Source: Podarcis cretensis
Lineage: Eukaryota
DNA: 64,000 bases
NCBI GenBank assembly: GCA_951804945.1
Contig: OX638159.1
Span: 48,546,001-48,610,000 of the forward strand
Direction: 5' to 3'
In this document: positions 24,701 through 38,914 of the stretch, piece after piece
Numbering within the stretch: the first letter of the stretch is position 1
How the letters are laid out: every line of letters begins with the position of its first letter
Notes under the pieces: model-generated
Databases searched by the model: none
What the model saw: only the letters and a program-made list of their open reading frames with translations
Told to the model about the DNA's origin: nothing
Made by a program: the position numbers and the translations under genes

Positions 24701-27700
24701 TTGATGGATAGTCAAACAATTTGATGATGATCTGTGTATTTTTACTCAGTAAATGAATTTTCAATTAACAGTATCAAACTTACAGTGGTATCTTCCAGTT
24801 CATTTTTCTCAAGCTCTCACTAGTAGACAATGTGGCAAGGCTAAAAGCTGCTATGATACAGATATAAATCAGATCTCCTGGGCTACTAGATCTTTTAAGT
24901 ATATCTAACTGGGCACAAGATTTGTTCTGACTGTTAAGCTTTCCTCAACATACCTTGAAAAGCGCAACCCACACATTACAGTAGCATTTTTAGTTTACAT
25001 ATCCCAAATATCTGGGAATGGGTTGGGGGAAGGGGAAAGCAGAATGTTTTTTTTAAAAAAAATGTTTATAAAAAAGCAAAAAAAGGTAAATATGGATTTG
25101 TAATGATTAGGAAGCCGATTTCAGGACACCTTTATATTGTGTCACTAACATTAAGATGTAACACACGTTTCTGAACCAGCTGTAAGAATACATAAGTGAG
25201 AATGATCTGATAAATTTAGTAAAAGTATTAGATTTAAAAGAGAAAAAAGAAACACTGGATTTGTATACAAGTAATGCCAATCAACACTTTGAAACATAAT
25301 TATGCTAAACCATTAAAACAGATTAAAGCTTCATTAAAGGGAAAAGGAATTTTAGACTTTGTATCACACACTTGGTGTATTCTGACAGCTGAAATAGTGA
25401 CCTGGTATGGTACGGGCTTCCATTACTGAAATATAGCTCTACTGTTGTAGTAAATTATGCAGGACATGGCATTCTTATCTATGGCACAACAGTGATTGCA
25501 TCAGATTATTAGGGAAAGGCACTCCCAAACTTTTCATGTTGGTGACACACTTTTTAGACATGCATAATTTTGCAACACAGTAAATCAGTTTTTTTAACAA
25601 ATTGGAGGTTAAACTAACCACTTTCCAGCCCCGGTAGGAGCACGGAGAGCATTCACGAGACACACCACAGCCAATATGCTGACGTGTCACAACACACAGT
25701 TTGAAAAGTTCTGCTCTACCTGCTACCTATCCTTCCCATAGCACCATCTATTTAACATCTTCTCAATCTCACAGGGTATGGAAAGCATTCCTTTTACTAT
25801 AGCATCTGACACCTCTCTCCCACATCTGCAGCAGCTGCAAGGAATGTGTGCATTGCACCCATTGTCCCAGCTCTAGGTTTAACCCAGAAGAGAGAAACAT
25901 TCCTCCATTGTCCATACTGGCAAAGACACAACAAACAAGGGCAATTCCCATGGTCTTATCAGGTGCTATAAAATTTACTGAGCTGTCATTTCAAAGAAAA
26001 AAAGAGGCAGCATGTATGCTGATTGGACTATTTCACTGGACCAATGGAACTAAAACAATATGTCATCTACACTGATTTCAGAAGAACTAATGTAAGTGTT
26101 TGTATTTACAAACCACGGTATCACTGATATCTTATACCGCCTAGATATTTCAGATTTAGAAAACTGGTGGTGATGTATGTTAACAATGCTCTGCCGAATT
26201 ACTTAAGATGTCCAATTTTAACGAATTATGGATAAAACGTAACAACTGAAATTGCAGGCAACTCTTTGTCAATGGACCCTTAGACGGCTCTATGCTATTT
26301 GAAGATATCCCTGTTTGCAACTAGAACTGGTGATTAACTTATTGGTGTCAGCCCAAATATGTATCACAAGCTATTGGAAAAAAGAATTTCAAAGGTATAA
26401 GCTAGCGTTCAGACAACTTTTAAAATAAAGAAGGAGCCCTTTTCCTATGTCTTTTACTAGTATTGACTATCCAACAATTCAGTAGATTTGGTTGTCTTTC
26501 CATTTCTCCATGAAGCAAATGTTGAGGAAATGCTGCCAAAATGATTTAACAATGAAATGTAAGTAGGCTACATGGATATTCCCATACTGAACAGCAACAG
26601 CCATTTCTATTATCTCAGTGTGGAGGCAAGCAGAACACTGCAAGGTAAAATGTCAATCATGATGATTTTTGCCTGCCAATAGTCTCCCCTGAGAGACTTG
26701 GCATGATCTTTCTTTTATTGCTGCTTTGTGCACATGTCCAACAGCATTTTTACCCTAACTGCGGATCTGCACCTGTTCAAAAGGCCAGAATAAGAGTAAC
26801 TAAGTTGCTTCTGATGAGGCAAAGTTAGCAGCCCAGATGGAGACAAAAAAATTGCTTGGGGTACCAACTAGCAAAATTCTGAGGTGAGAGCAACTATTTG
26901 ATCAAATTCCCCTCTCATTCCCAAGCATGTTAAGCATCCATCCATAGAACAGAAGTGAGAATCCATATGCAGGAGCCACAGCTGTTTTCCCTCTCTTTTG
27001 CCTCCCTATCTTCTCCCCCTTGCAAGGAGAAAGTTTGCCTTGCACTAGCCTGGAGAAGTTGGAGAGCTGTGCCTGCAGCCTTAATTGTGATGAAACTTGA
27101 GAGTTTGTTCTATTTGAGAGAAGTGCTGCCCATAAACTTTTCCTCTCTTTGCACCTGCCTCCCCACCAATAACTTGCCCAAAGTGCATGCAGTTCTACCC
27201 TCTTGGTGACAGAGCTAAACTTGTACCAACTTAGGAGCTGCCTATTTCATATTTTCTTCTTCTCTTCCTACTCTTCCACTTCCTTCCTCAAAAAAATCCT
27301 ACTTCCCCCCTAAATATAACTCCCACTCTATCTACTAACTAAAAATCTGGGGGGGGGGGAATAGCACACTTACTTGAAACTAAGCTCAACTGAATACAAA
27401 GTTACATTTCTAAGTAAACATGCAAATAATTGCTCTCCAGGACTGATGGCGACGAACTCTGGTGATCTGCTATCTTACTTTTATGAAATTGTTCAACCTA
27501 GTTCTAGTATGGCTTTCAATCACTCATATCTTGGTGACATTTCTGACTATATATGCATTGGGTAGATATTAGATGTATCTCCTAAAATGAATTAATTTAG
27601 TTTTACAAGTAGAGTAGGTTCGCAAGTCTGTTATTTTGATAATGCAAGATGTTACTAGTTTTATTTGTGGTTAAACAAGCACAGGATTGATATTAGTTCC

Positions 27701-28407
27701 ATTCTCTCCCTCCCTTCTTTTCTTCTTATTTCTCATCACTTGAGGTAATGAGGGGGGAGTACAAGGGAGAATCGATCAGCATTGGATTATGATGTTTAGA
27801 AAAATAATATACTAAATGCAATCACTGTAACAAGATCTTTGTGTGATGTTAAGTCTCTGGTGTGTGGTTCAGATGTAAATGTCTACTGATAAAGGAAGGT
27901 CACTGCAATTTTGTCCAGCTCCAGCCACATTTTTTCCAACTAGATTCACCACCAGTATGTTGTAACTGGCTCTGGCAAATATACACACACAAAAACCAGA
28001 TCCTGCAAGCTGAAAGTCTGCCCACCTTAACAAATGCATTACAGGATGAATGCTGCAAAAAGTGGCTATCATCAATTACAAAGCTTTTCCCTTATCCCCT
28101 GCTCTACTCTTGAGAAGAGAAATGCAAGTTACAGTAAACAGCCCTATCCTATGTCAATCCAATTGAGTTCAGTAGCACTTATCTCCAAGTGAGTATACAC
28201 AAGATTACAACCTAAATTGTATTCCTTTTCGGTTTAAGAGAGATTTGTCACACTACAAGTTTGTTCTCTAAATATTCAGACACCACTAATCACCAACTTT
28301 GTACTAAGAATGTGATTTTATATGGAGATTATGGTTTATTTTCAAGGACTTCTAGGGGATAGGAAATTTGATTAAATATAAATACAGCACATACGCAACA
28401 GTTTTAC

Positions 28408-29040
28408 CTTTGTCTTGCACTTCTTTTGAAAACCGTTCCCTTTCAATAGCTGATTCCCGTTCTATCCGTTCAATTTCAGCCAATGCATCCAATTCTACTT
28501 CATCATATGGCGTGATAGTTCCATGTTGTGAAACCTGTTGATGCGTCTGTACCAAAGGATTTTGAGGTTGTTTTGCAGAAACTGAAGTGTTCGGTTGTAA
28601 AACAGGCACTTGTTGTGCCTGAAGGAATGCTGTTTGTTCATGCTGCGGCAAACACTGAGCAGCATTTAATGGGCGATTAATATCCTGTGGAGTAACTGGT
28701 GTTTTAGAAGTCTGTCCTGGATACTGCACATTAAAGGAAATGTCCCCTTCTGACACGTTACTGTTTTCCAAACCAGAAAGCATATCATCCTGCTGGTCCA
28801 TATCTGAAGATCTTACACGAGTAAGTCTTAACGTAAGTTTAGTAGAGTCCTTAGATGGAGAGCTAATGATATCATACATTGCAGCTTTTTCAGTCTGGTC
28901 TTTTTCATCCTTGCCTAACTTCATTTTCTTTTGTTTCTTTTGCTTTCTTTCAGGAGAATCTAATAATATGTCTGGGGGAACATCTCTAGGTGATGAGTAA
29001 GGTGGAGGCTGAGACTGAAGTATTAAAGGTGGTCTTGATC
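28408..29040 (-). CDS. NIPBL: NIPBL exon 9
   Basis: GSRPPLILQSQ...DEVELDALAEIERIERESAIERERFSKEVQDK; 633 nt; overlaps ORF 28352..28924. Confidence 0.97.
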
Positions 29041-31985
29041 CTAGAATAATAATTCAGAAAAACTGAACAGTTATGTTGGTTCACATTTCTATGAAAGCAC
29101 ACAAAAATAGTCTTTATTAGTAATTTGTACTTGTACAGATATTTGCACTTACAAAATGGCAAAAACTCAGTTTAGAGGAATATTGAGGTCTGTAATATTC
29201 ACTACAACCCACCTATAATATCTGCAGTAAAAGATGCCTGTAACTCCTAGCAATTTAGCAATCCACATCTAACATGAGAGGTACCAAGAGGTAGAAAACA
29301 TTTTGGGACTGTGCTCAACCGGGGCAGGGCTTCAACTATTAAAGAATGGAGTTAATCAAAATGCATCCAAGGCCATAGGGGAGAACAAAGTTTAAAGATA
29401 GCTAGCTTCTCACTATGGTCCAGTGATCAAAGCCCAAAATAATGAGCTGTAGACAGGCAAATCGGATTGCAACTAACACACATCCATACACACATACACA
29501 CATGCAGCATCATGTGAGTTCCCTACTCTTAAGGATCTGAGAAAGGAAAATGACTCTAATAGATTAGCTGGTTTTGCCTCTTTCAGCAACTGGAACAGGC
29601 CTCTCACATGAGTCTGGCATAATTTTTACATACCAATACATTTTCTACTTACAAACAGCTGAAAGTATTGCTTTTGCCATGTTGCCTACTGTTATTGTTT
29701 GTTAACTAACCCCCACCCCCCAAGATTGCCCAGTTATGTGAAAGATGTTGGTAAAGTCCATTTGCCATTACATCCTATACTAATTAAAAGCATTCATTTG
29801 CACTGACACACTACCCACTACCCTCCTGTGATATCTAAAAAGTGTCTGAAGTAACACACAAAGTTTAACATCCACAACAATTTCCTCATATAAGGTTCTT
29901 CCTCTACTTAAGTACAGAGGTAGAAAAGGTGATTAAATTGTATGCCACTGCTGTATTTTCAGCTAGTGAAGCACAGTGATAGAGAACCTGTAGTAGTTCA
30001 TGGTACTGCCAGCAACTGAATGCTTTAACACAGTAGCAGATAGGTCACATTCTGTGAAGTAACTAACAGAAGTCATATTCAAACTCAAATTAAGTAATGC
30101 AATAATGTTAAATTTAAAATAGAGTCCACATTAAAAACATGGATCTCTGCCTCTCTGTGTGTGCTTTATTCATCTTCTTTCCCTTTGCATTTTTGTAGTT
30201 ATTTACTGCCATTTTTCCAGCATTTCTTCCAGCCTGTAAATTTGTGAGCCTTGATAACATGTTTCTGCATGAGACACAATCTATTAATAGTGATTAATCT
30301 GTAATGCCCCAAACTCTATATTCCAAAGGAATCATTTACTTCTCTAGGGCAGAACTGTTGCTGCAAAAAGGGCTTGCAGCCCCAGGGGGAAGTGTCACAG
30401 GGATTACCCACTAGCGCTGAACTTCAGGAATCACCAACCACATTCTAAATTTTGCTCTACATCTTAGGGTGTGTGTGTGTTTTTTAAGTACATCTGAGAA
30501 GGCTGCACAGTTAGAACATCAGATAAACACACACTATTTAATATAACAGCACTCAAAGTACTTATATGAACTCATTCTCAGAAAGCAATTAGCTTTTTTT
30601 TAATTAGGGATCCTTACTGCTCCGCTATTTTGTGATACAATAAATCCAGCAATTTAAAAAGCTGAAGAGGAAGATTGAAGAATTCCTCTCCTATTATTAT
30701 TTTTTTCAATGATAAGCATCAAATAAGGATGCTTTACATACAGTTATCTTTTACCAGAAAGCGAGTTGGGCTAGTTGACTCAGTTAGGTCCCATCTAACT
30801 CTGAGCTGTTGCAATATTTGTTATTTAAGTTACCAGTAGAGAATTTTGCTGAATTTAGGATGGTTATAAACAGTCTTGTCTTCTGAAGAATGCTTTTGCA
30901 GATGATTGTAGGTGGGGCTTGCAGAAATTTGGATTGTGTTGATGACCAGGCATCAATTCAACTTGTAAGTATACTCTACAGAGATGCAAGAGCCCCCTTT
31001 TCCAGATATTTCACTAGGAAGCATGATCTGTCTGATAGCGTCTATGAGTGATTTATCCTTAGCCAAGCACTCTCCCATGAGCAGGGACATTTTCAATTGC
31101 TTCTCTAGCCTCATGTTCATGTGCAGCCTCAATACATCCAACAACAGGTGACTCAGCTTCTTTGGTATCAGCAACTTTCAAGTTCAGGAATAATCCAAAA
31201 CTTTGCAAAGGCTCACTGCTCCATCAGTTTGCTTGTTAATAGATAATCCACTAGTCAGGTAGTAAATCTACATCACTTTGGTATTTATGCTTCTTTTCCC
31301 CAAATTACTAATAAGTCTTCTCTTAAGATGATCCTGTGAGTCTCAGGATGGTGCTTCACCTCTATTAAGCAAATGTTCTGCAGTCTCTATAGTTGAAATT
31401 CACCTTCACTGTGATGTTTCCCCATCCATAAAAGTGTGACAATATAGTACATATTTGGGGATCCTAAAAGTGTAAGTTTTGCCACTATATTGATATTTCC
31501 ACTAATTGAAGAAACAAATCACTCCAGATGGCGCCTTCATTTTTCTTTTCCCCCTTTAGATGGGACTGGTCACAGTTGGAAGGGACTTTTCAAGCCCTCA
31601 CCTAGTATCCGGAAATTAATTCACAGACTTGTATATATAGAACATTGAATATCCCATGTAACAACACACTGGAATCCAAAACATGTCAGCTTTTTCTGCA
31701 TGGCAATGAATGAAAGAATAAAAACTTTGTTGATTTAGTATTGAGGAGTCACTAGTCACACAAACTATTACAATATGTTTCAGTGAGTATATTGTCCAAG
31801 TACAGATGACCCCCAAACTATTATTCCATAGAGTTAAATGAGTTATTATTCTATAGTCAGTTAAATGCCTTCTCAATTATATTAGTACAAGTCCTTTTTT
31901 TAATTATTTGGAATAAAAGTATAACAAAGTTTATCTAGTATTAATAACTAAGTGGTCCTCAGGCAAGCCAGAAACTTCTAGGGGC

Positions 31986-32121
31986 NNNNNNNNNNNNNNN
32001 NNNNNNNNNNNNNNNNNNNNNNNNNNNNNNNNNNNNNNNNNNNNNNNNNNNNNNNNNNNNNNNNNNNNNNNNNNNNNNNNNNNNNNNNNNNNNNNNNNNN
32101 NNNNNNNNNNNNNNNNNNNNN
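31986..32121. other. Assembly gap (136 N)
   Basis: Run of N. Confidence 1.
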
Positions 32122-33049
32122 TTCAAGAGTCTCCAAGTAAATATATAAGTTCATTGAAAAGGCCCATCTTCTATTTAAAATGTGATATAAGGTGAAGGCA
32201 AGGCACCAAGAAACAAAGTTTTACATGCCATACAGGATTTTCTTTTATTTCTCCTTTATTTTTATCATGAGGAAAACGCCTGATCATTCTTCATGTTTGT
32301 GGACTGATGCTGCTCTTCACTCTTGAAAAAAGTGTGACCCCTACAAAGTGTTGATATTCTTATTCCATCCCTAACAACTTTTTCCAAGGCAGAATGGTTT
32401 CCACCAGTCTAGAAATTCTAGAAGATCAGCAGATTTGCAGAATACAAACCCTATGGAGATAATCAATCTAGTCAACCTTGCCTCCATTTCAAGGCATAAC
32501 AATTTAAATACACCTGACGATCACGTTGAGCTAGAGAACGGATCATCTCTGCAGCATACATGCAGCATAACAGACACTGTAAAGATCTAATTTACAAGGC
32601 AGCATATTATAAACTTAATGCCACTCAAGGGTTGAAACAAAATTAATAAGCATTTAAAGTTTGCTATCAGTCTTCATACACTGGTTAACCAATTCAAACT
32701 TTCCTTATAAAGGAAACACAAGAGCTAAAGGCCCTGGTTCCAGCTCTACCCACAGAAAACTAGTCACGCATAGCAAGTGGTGCCTCAGTGAACATCCACA
32801 TCCCAATGTGTGTATAAAAATTCAGCCAGTTTGAGTGAGCCTGGATGAGCCTCTGCATAACATTAACATACAGAAGTCCGTTTCAGAATTTTCCCTGAAT
32901 CAGGACAAACGGAAACATTCTTAAAGTCAAAAAATTGGGTTTGTTAGCATCAACACTTTTACTTCTTTTCAAGAATGATCAGGAATAGATCTAATTCCTG
33001 AAATAGAAATTACTTACCCGTAGCAAATTATTAGGGCAGAATAGAAGTA

Positions 33050-33291
33050 CAGTGGTACCTCGTGTTACACACTTAATCCGTTCCGGAGGTCCATTCGTAA
33101 CAGGAAACCGCTTGTAACATGAGGCGTGCTTTCTCTAATGGCGCCTCCCGCTGCTGTCGTGCCGCCGGAGCGCAACTTCCACTCGCATCCCGGGGCAAAG
33201 GTCACAACAAGGGGCATCTACTTCCGGGTTAGCAGAGTGCATAACCTGCAGCATTTGTAAGGGGGACGGTACGTAACACGAGGTACCACTG
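33050..33291. mobile_element. Tigger/pogo-like MITE, related subfamily
   Basis: CAGTGGTACCTCGTGTTAC / GTAACACGAGGTACCACTG. Confidence 0.83.
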
Positions 33292-34074
33292 GATTGTTGA
33301 AAGAGCCAACCAGGCGTGGATGAATGAATACACACACACATCCCTCTCTAATATTTTAGGGGTAAGAACTAGCCTGCCATTTTTTAAAATAATGGTATTA
33401 AAGGCATGCCTTGGTCTAATACAGTGCAACAAAAGGGTGATATAAATTTAAACTAATAGTCAAGCCTTTGAAGAAAAAAGATTGTCTGCCACCTACAAGC
33501 AAAGTAGTGGTTATCCATTCCCATTAAGCTTCTTCTAATGCCAACTGTAAAATATGATCAACATATATGGCTCCTATCATGCAAGATCTGCAAATATGTT
33601 AGGACAAATGCTAACCATTTGATTAGCTTGTGATTATTTAGGCTTTATTTCTTCATCTAGTGCCCACCTATTCTTGGATGTCAAATAGCTGGACTTTTAA
33701 TGCTGGAACTTGGTATCAAATCACAACTATTCCATTTTTCAACCACTTCTCAGAAAGTATCAGTTAAACAAGCTAAGGCAAAGAAAATAATGGAAGATGC
33801 TTTTTAAAAGTATGGAATAAACACGCACCATTTAATAATGGGAATCGAAGGGAATGGTAGGCATCACAAAGGGTGCAGACAATGGAGACAGATTGCATCT
33901 GGTGCTTGTATCTGCCTCTCCACAGCCCCATGACACTGTTGGGTGCTTATCCACTGTGCTCAATAGCTAAGTGGTGCTGTTGCTAAATTCTAGGTTAATG
34001 AATAATAAGACCATGCTCACACATGATCTAATTGTTGATAAAGGTGCTGACCAGGGTGTGCATTACCAAGAAAA

Positions 34075-34680
34075 AAGAATATAAGAAGAGCCTGCTGGAT
34101 CAGTTAAATGACCTATCTAGTCCAGCAACCTGTTCTCACAGTAGCCAATCAGATGCCTGTGGGAAACCAACAAGCAGGACCCAAGCACAAGAGCACCATT
34201 CCCTCCTGTAGTTTCCAAAAACTAGTATTCATAACCATTACTGATGGCACAGCCATCATCGCTAGTACCATTGAAAGCTCTACTGACTCCCTCTCCTGAA
34301 CTTGTCAAATCCTCTTTTAAAGCCATCCAAGATGATAGCCATCACTGCCTCCTGTGGAAGTTAATTCCTTAGTTTAATGGTGCAATATGTAAAGAAGTAC
34401 TCGTTTTACATTTCCTGAATCTTCCAGCATTCAGCTTCTTTGTATGTCTACAAGTTCTAATGTTATGAGAGAGGGAGAAAAACTTTCCTATATCCACTTT
34501 CTCCATGCCATGCATAATTTTATAAACTTCTATCATGGAACCTCTTAGTCACATTTTTTGTAAACTATGAAGTCCCAAATCTTGAACCTTTCCTCATAGA
34601 GGATTCGCTCTATCCCCTTGATCATTTTGGTTGCCCTTTTCTGAATGTTTTCCAACTCCACAAAATCCTTTTCACAATAA
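34075..34680 (-). mobile_element. CR1 LINE 3' fragment with 3'UTR
   Basis: ORF 34545..34790 contains ELENIQKRATKMIKGIERILYEERFK; 3'UTR matches the 7985 copy in reverse. Confidence 0.8.
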
Positions 34681-34779
34681 GGTGTGAGCAGGAGAGAAGG
34701 GTGAGCCATATCTTTCCCAGTTCTGTCCCACTGTGTACTCAGTGCAGCACCAACCCAGGCTAGAGAGATGGGATTACTG

Positions 34780-36640
34780 TGGTTCATCAAAGTTCATTCT
34801 CCCTCTTCGGGAAATCTCTATGCCCCAGGGCTGGACCAGAGGGTCTGCATCTGACTCTGGGTCTTAGGGACACATTAGGCATGCTGTTGTTGTACCACCC
34901 ACCAAGCTGCCCTGACTGAGCAAGTCTTGGACTTGGTGTTGTAGGAATCTCAGACAATAATTCTGGATGATTTCAACAACCATGCCAAGCCTGCAGTTGG
35001 AGCAGCTCACAATTTCATGGCCTCCAAGGCAGCTGTCTCAGATACCCTTTACTTTGTCTTTGCTCCAAGTGGGGAAAGGGGTGGTCTACAAATAGCAGCG
35101 AGTAGGTGTCTCTGTGACTCTGTTGTCATGGTCAGACCACTTCCTTGTGAAGATTGGACTTCCTAGTGAAGCTAGCAGTATCCCCACTGCAAGGGTGAGG
35201 GAGCGATTAAGATAGTCTGCCTTTTGAGACTTAGGGATCCTGATGGAAACTGCTTTGGTCATCCTGTATTTTGACTTCTGTTGGGAGAATGGAGTGTGTG
35301 TGCCCATTATTTGTCTTTAATCTCAGCTTTCAATACCACTGACCACGTTATCTTTCTGGAATGGCTGTATGAGTTGGGGGTAGGTGGCATCACTGTGTAG
35401 TAGTTCCAATACTACTTGGATGATTGTTTCCAGAAGGTGGTGCTTGGAGAGTGTCATCCGGTCCCATGGAGTCTTCAATGTGGGGTTCCACAGAGTTCAG
35501 ATTAATCCCCCATGTTGTTCGACATCTGCAGGAAATCACTGAGTGGGGTCATCTCAAGTCTTGAGTGCATTATCAGCAATATGCTATTGACGCACAGCTC
35601 ATCTTTATATCTTCAGCTGCAGCAGTGGATATGCTGGACCAATGTCTTGCCTCATTAATAGACTGGATGAGAGCCAATAAACTGAAGCTCAAACCAGAGA
35701 AGACTGAAGCACCATTAGTGGGTGGTTACCTAGACTGGTGAATGGAAGGTAGCCTGCTCTGGATAGGGTTACATTCCCTCTGAAGGAGCAGGTTCATAGC
35801 TTGGTGGTACTTCTGGATCCATTACTTTCACTTGAAGCTCAAGTGGTCTTGGTCATGCTGCTTCCATCAGTTTCAACAGGAGGTCCAGTTACTCCCCTAT
35901 CTGGACATGGATAGTCCAACAGCGGGTAGCACTGTGGTCTGAATCACTGAGCTTCTTGGGCTTGCCGATCAGTTGGTCGGTGGTTCGAATCCGTGCAATG
36001 GGGTGAGATCCAATTGTTCTGTCCCTGCTTCTGCCAACATAGCAGTTCGAAAGCACACCAGTGCTAGTAGACAAATGCCGGCTACCTTGGCTGGAACGAA
36101 ATGAGCGCTGCACCACATAGACACCTTTGACTGGACTTAACCGTCCAGGGGTCCTTTACCTTTTACCTTTAGTCCAACTTCTGTTGTCTATGCTCTGTTG
36201 ATCTATACATTAGATTACTACCATGCATTATATGTGGGGCTGCCTTTGAATGCAGTTTGGAAACTGCAGCTGGTGCACAATTTAGCAACCAATTTGCTCA
36301 CAAGTACACGACAATCTGAGCCCATAAAACCAATCCTGACCCAACTTTACTGGCTCCCAATTAGTTTCCAGGCCCAATTCGAAGTGCTGGTTTTGACCTA
36401 TAAAGCTTTATGTGACTAAGGACCACCTTTCCCCATATGTACTGACCTGGAACATGTAATCATAATCTGAGGCCCTTCTTCAGGTACCCACCCATCCACC
36501 CTGCTCCATGGGAGGTCCAGAGAGTGGAATCATGAGAATGGGCCTTCTCAGTAGTAGTTCCTCACTTGTGGAATGCTCTCCCCAGAGAAACTCAGCTGGT
36601 GCTACCATCACATATCTTTAGGCTCCAGCCAAAAAAAAAA
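34780..36640 (+). mobile_element. L2 LINE, degraded and internally deleted
   Basis: Decayed endonuclease motifs (GDFN-like ~34965, SDH ~35132), RT motifs (GVPQ ~35481, QYADD-like ~35577) and C-terminal LDYxxALYVGLP / LYWLPI (ORF 36198..36419); boundaries approximate. Confidence 0.8.
35921..36170 (+). mobile_element. Sauria SINE, older and internally deleted, inserted in L2
   Basis: GGTTCGAATCC B box, TTTACC tail, TSD TAGTCCAAC. Confidence 0.85.
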
Positions 36641-38673
36641 AAAAGGCATTTGGGTTTTAATTATCTATGGCTTCCTTGAATGGGTGGGATGTTTTTTTCC
36701 AGCTTTTGAAAAACTGACTTTCATATTTTTGGAGTTTTTTTTATTCCAGTTTTAATGTATGCATTTGTTTATATATTGTAAGTCGCTTTGAGTTAACTTG
36801 GTAAAAATTGTGTCAACGGCCCTTTGCAATCATTCCACAGTGAGATGGAGGGCCTCAACAGGAGGGCCTCAAAGTCAAAGCCTTTAGTGTGGGAGGCCCT
36901 GTCCTTTAAACTGCACACCTGTAGCAGTTCAAGGAGAACCATTCCCGCTTGCCTTCAGAAGTATTCTGAAAACAGTACTGTTTAGGCAGGCTGATTTTTT
37001 CTTTTTAATCAACCAGTATCTGTCGATATTTTTAATTATGCATTATGTCTGTTTTTAAGATTGATTTCATCATATTTTATGTGTTGTAATCTACACAGCT
37101 ATATTTTATGAAAGTGCAGATTATAAACAAAAACATAAACATTATAAACATAGAATAATTTCTTTTTTAGATACTATCTATATCTGACTGGTATTACCTA
37201 AGGGGCTGCCTTCTTTGTCCAGTAATAATCTCTACGGTCAACTCAATCTGCCCCTTACTAGCACTCTTAATGTACATCTTGTCACTAAACAGGTTGAAAA
37301 TAAATAGGATGAAGAACAAAACGTGCTCTTGGTGTTGGGATTCTCATGTTATGGAACACCCTTCTCCTTGCCTAGATTGCACGGGTGACCTTCTTATTTA
37401 GTGATGCATTTAACTGCCAGGGATAAAGGGAGCTTTATCTATCATCGCAAAAATTAATTAACACTGGTAGAAGGGCAGCAATACTATGGGGGGGGGGATT
37501 ATAGCACTATACATCAACAATAGAGATAAAGGTTTTATTTAAGACAGGCAGTGCTGGAGTTCTGTAACTTCAGAAAATATTAGAAAGCAGTCTGCCACAC
37601 ATTCAAACACATTAATGTACATAGAAGACATTTCCCACATACAATATCTTTATGATGTAAAGGAAAGAAAGAGGAGTTGCATTCAACAAAAGATGTAACC
37701 GAATATTATAAATTCTTCAGGTTGTACAGCAACTAACTATATATGAGCTCAGCTAAACTATTAAGCCAACAAGTGGTCTAAACATGTTTCTTTCCCAACA
37801 ATGTGACTAAAAAATTAATGGTATCATGAAGAAGAAAGTACATAGTGAACATGAACTGACAAAAAGTACATGTTCTTAGTTTTTTGAAACTTCTAATTGG
37901 AATTATTTTTTCAACTTTTTGGATTTTCAGTTTCATCAGGAATTAGTGTTGACCAAGCGTGAATAACAATTTTTGAGGGCAGGAAGTAGGGTAAAGAATC
38001 CTGATATTTATTTTTTCCAACTCTGTGAGGCAGGCCTGCAAAACCTGTGACCCACTAAAGCCAGACGTGCCCAACCTCTAAAACTCCCATCAACTCCAAC
38101 TCCGACCATGATGATTAGAGCTGATGGGAGCTGTAGTAAAAGGCATATTGGAAAAGGCTTCATTTAAGTTATAGGCATCAGACCAGGTGGCCCTCCAAGC
38201 CCTTCCCATCACTGTAAAATAAAAAGAAAAGAGGGAGGGAGGAAAAACAGATGGCTTTGCAAGCTGCATTCTGCTTGATAGGCCAAAACTCTAAGCAGTA
38301 TGAGGGTTATGAAAGGTATAAACAGTTATGAATCTGAAACCTGGAGGTTTTTTTTATGTAGAAGGTAACCAGGAATATCCAGAATAAATGCGCCATATTA
38401 TTTATATTTTCTTAAAAATAAACTATAAACTATGATACAGTGAAACAGCCTCTCTCTTGAAATACACTTTAGCCCTCCACATGGGCAATGTGCTGAAAGA
38501 CTGTCAATTTTCAAGGTGTATCAAAAGTTATTATTGAGTTAGTCTTTCATCTAACATAGTCCTGTTCTTGTTAGAAATCCAAAAGTTTTCTGTCCTGAAC
38601 TTTCTTTGTCCTGAACTTTTGGCACAGATCTAGGTTTCTTATCTACAACAGTATCAAAGAGTCATACAGTTAC

Positions 38674-38767
38674 CTTTAGGGGTTCCATCACTTCCAGCAG
38701 GAGAACATACGGACTGTGGTGATCTCAAGGAAAATGATGCAGTGTTCCTTACTGAAGAATCACCCTC
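38674..38767 (-). CDS. NIPBL: NIPBL exon 8
   Basis: EGDSSVRNTASFSLRSPQSVCSPAGSDGTPK; 94 nt; AG/GT. Confidence 0.94.
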
Positions 38768-38914
38768 CTAGGGATCATATTAGTGGATTATTAGAAAGGA
38801 GCAATTTTTTCAATGACTTCCAGTTTTTGTTTTTTATGAAGTTGCCACAAGGATAATTACCAGTGCAATTTCTCTGTCATGCCACATATTAGCAACAACA
38901 AGGACTTCATTTTA

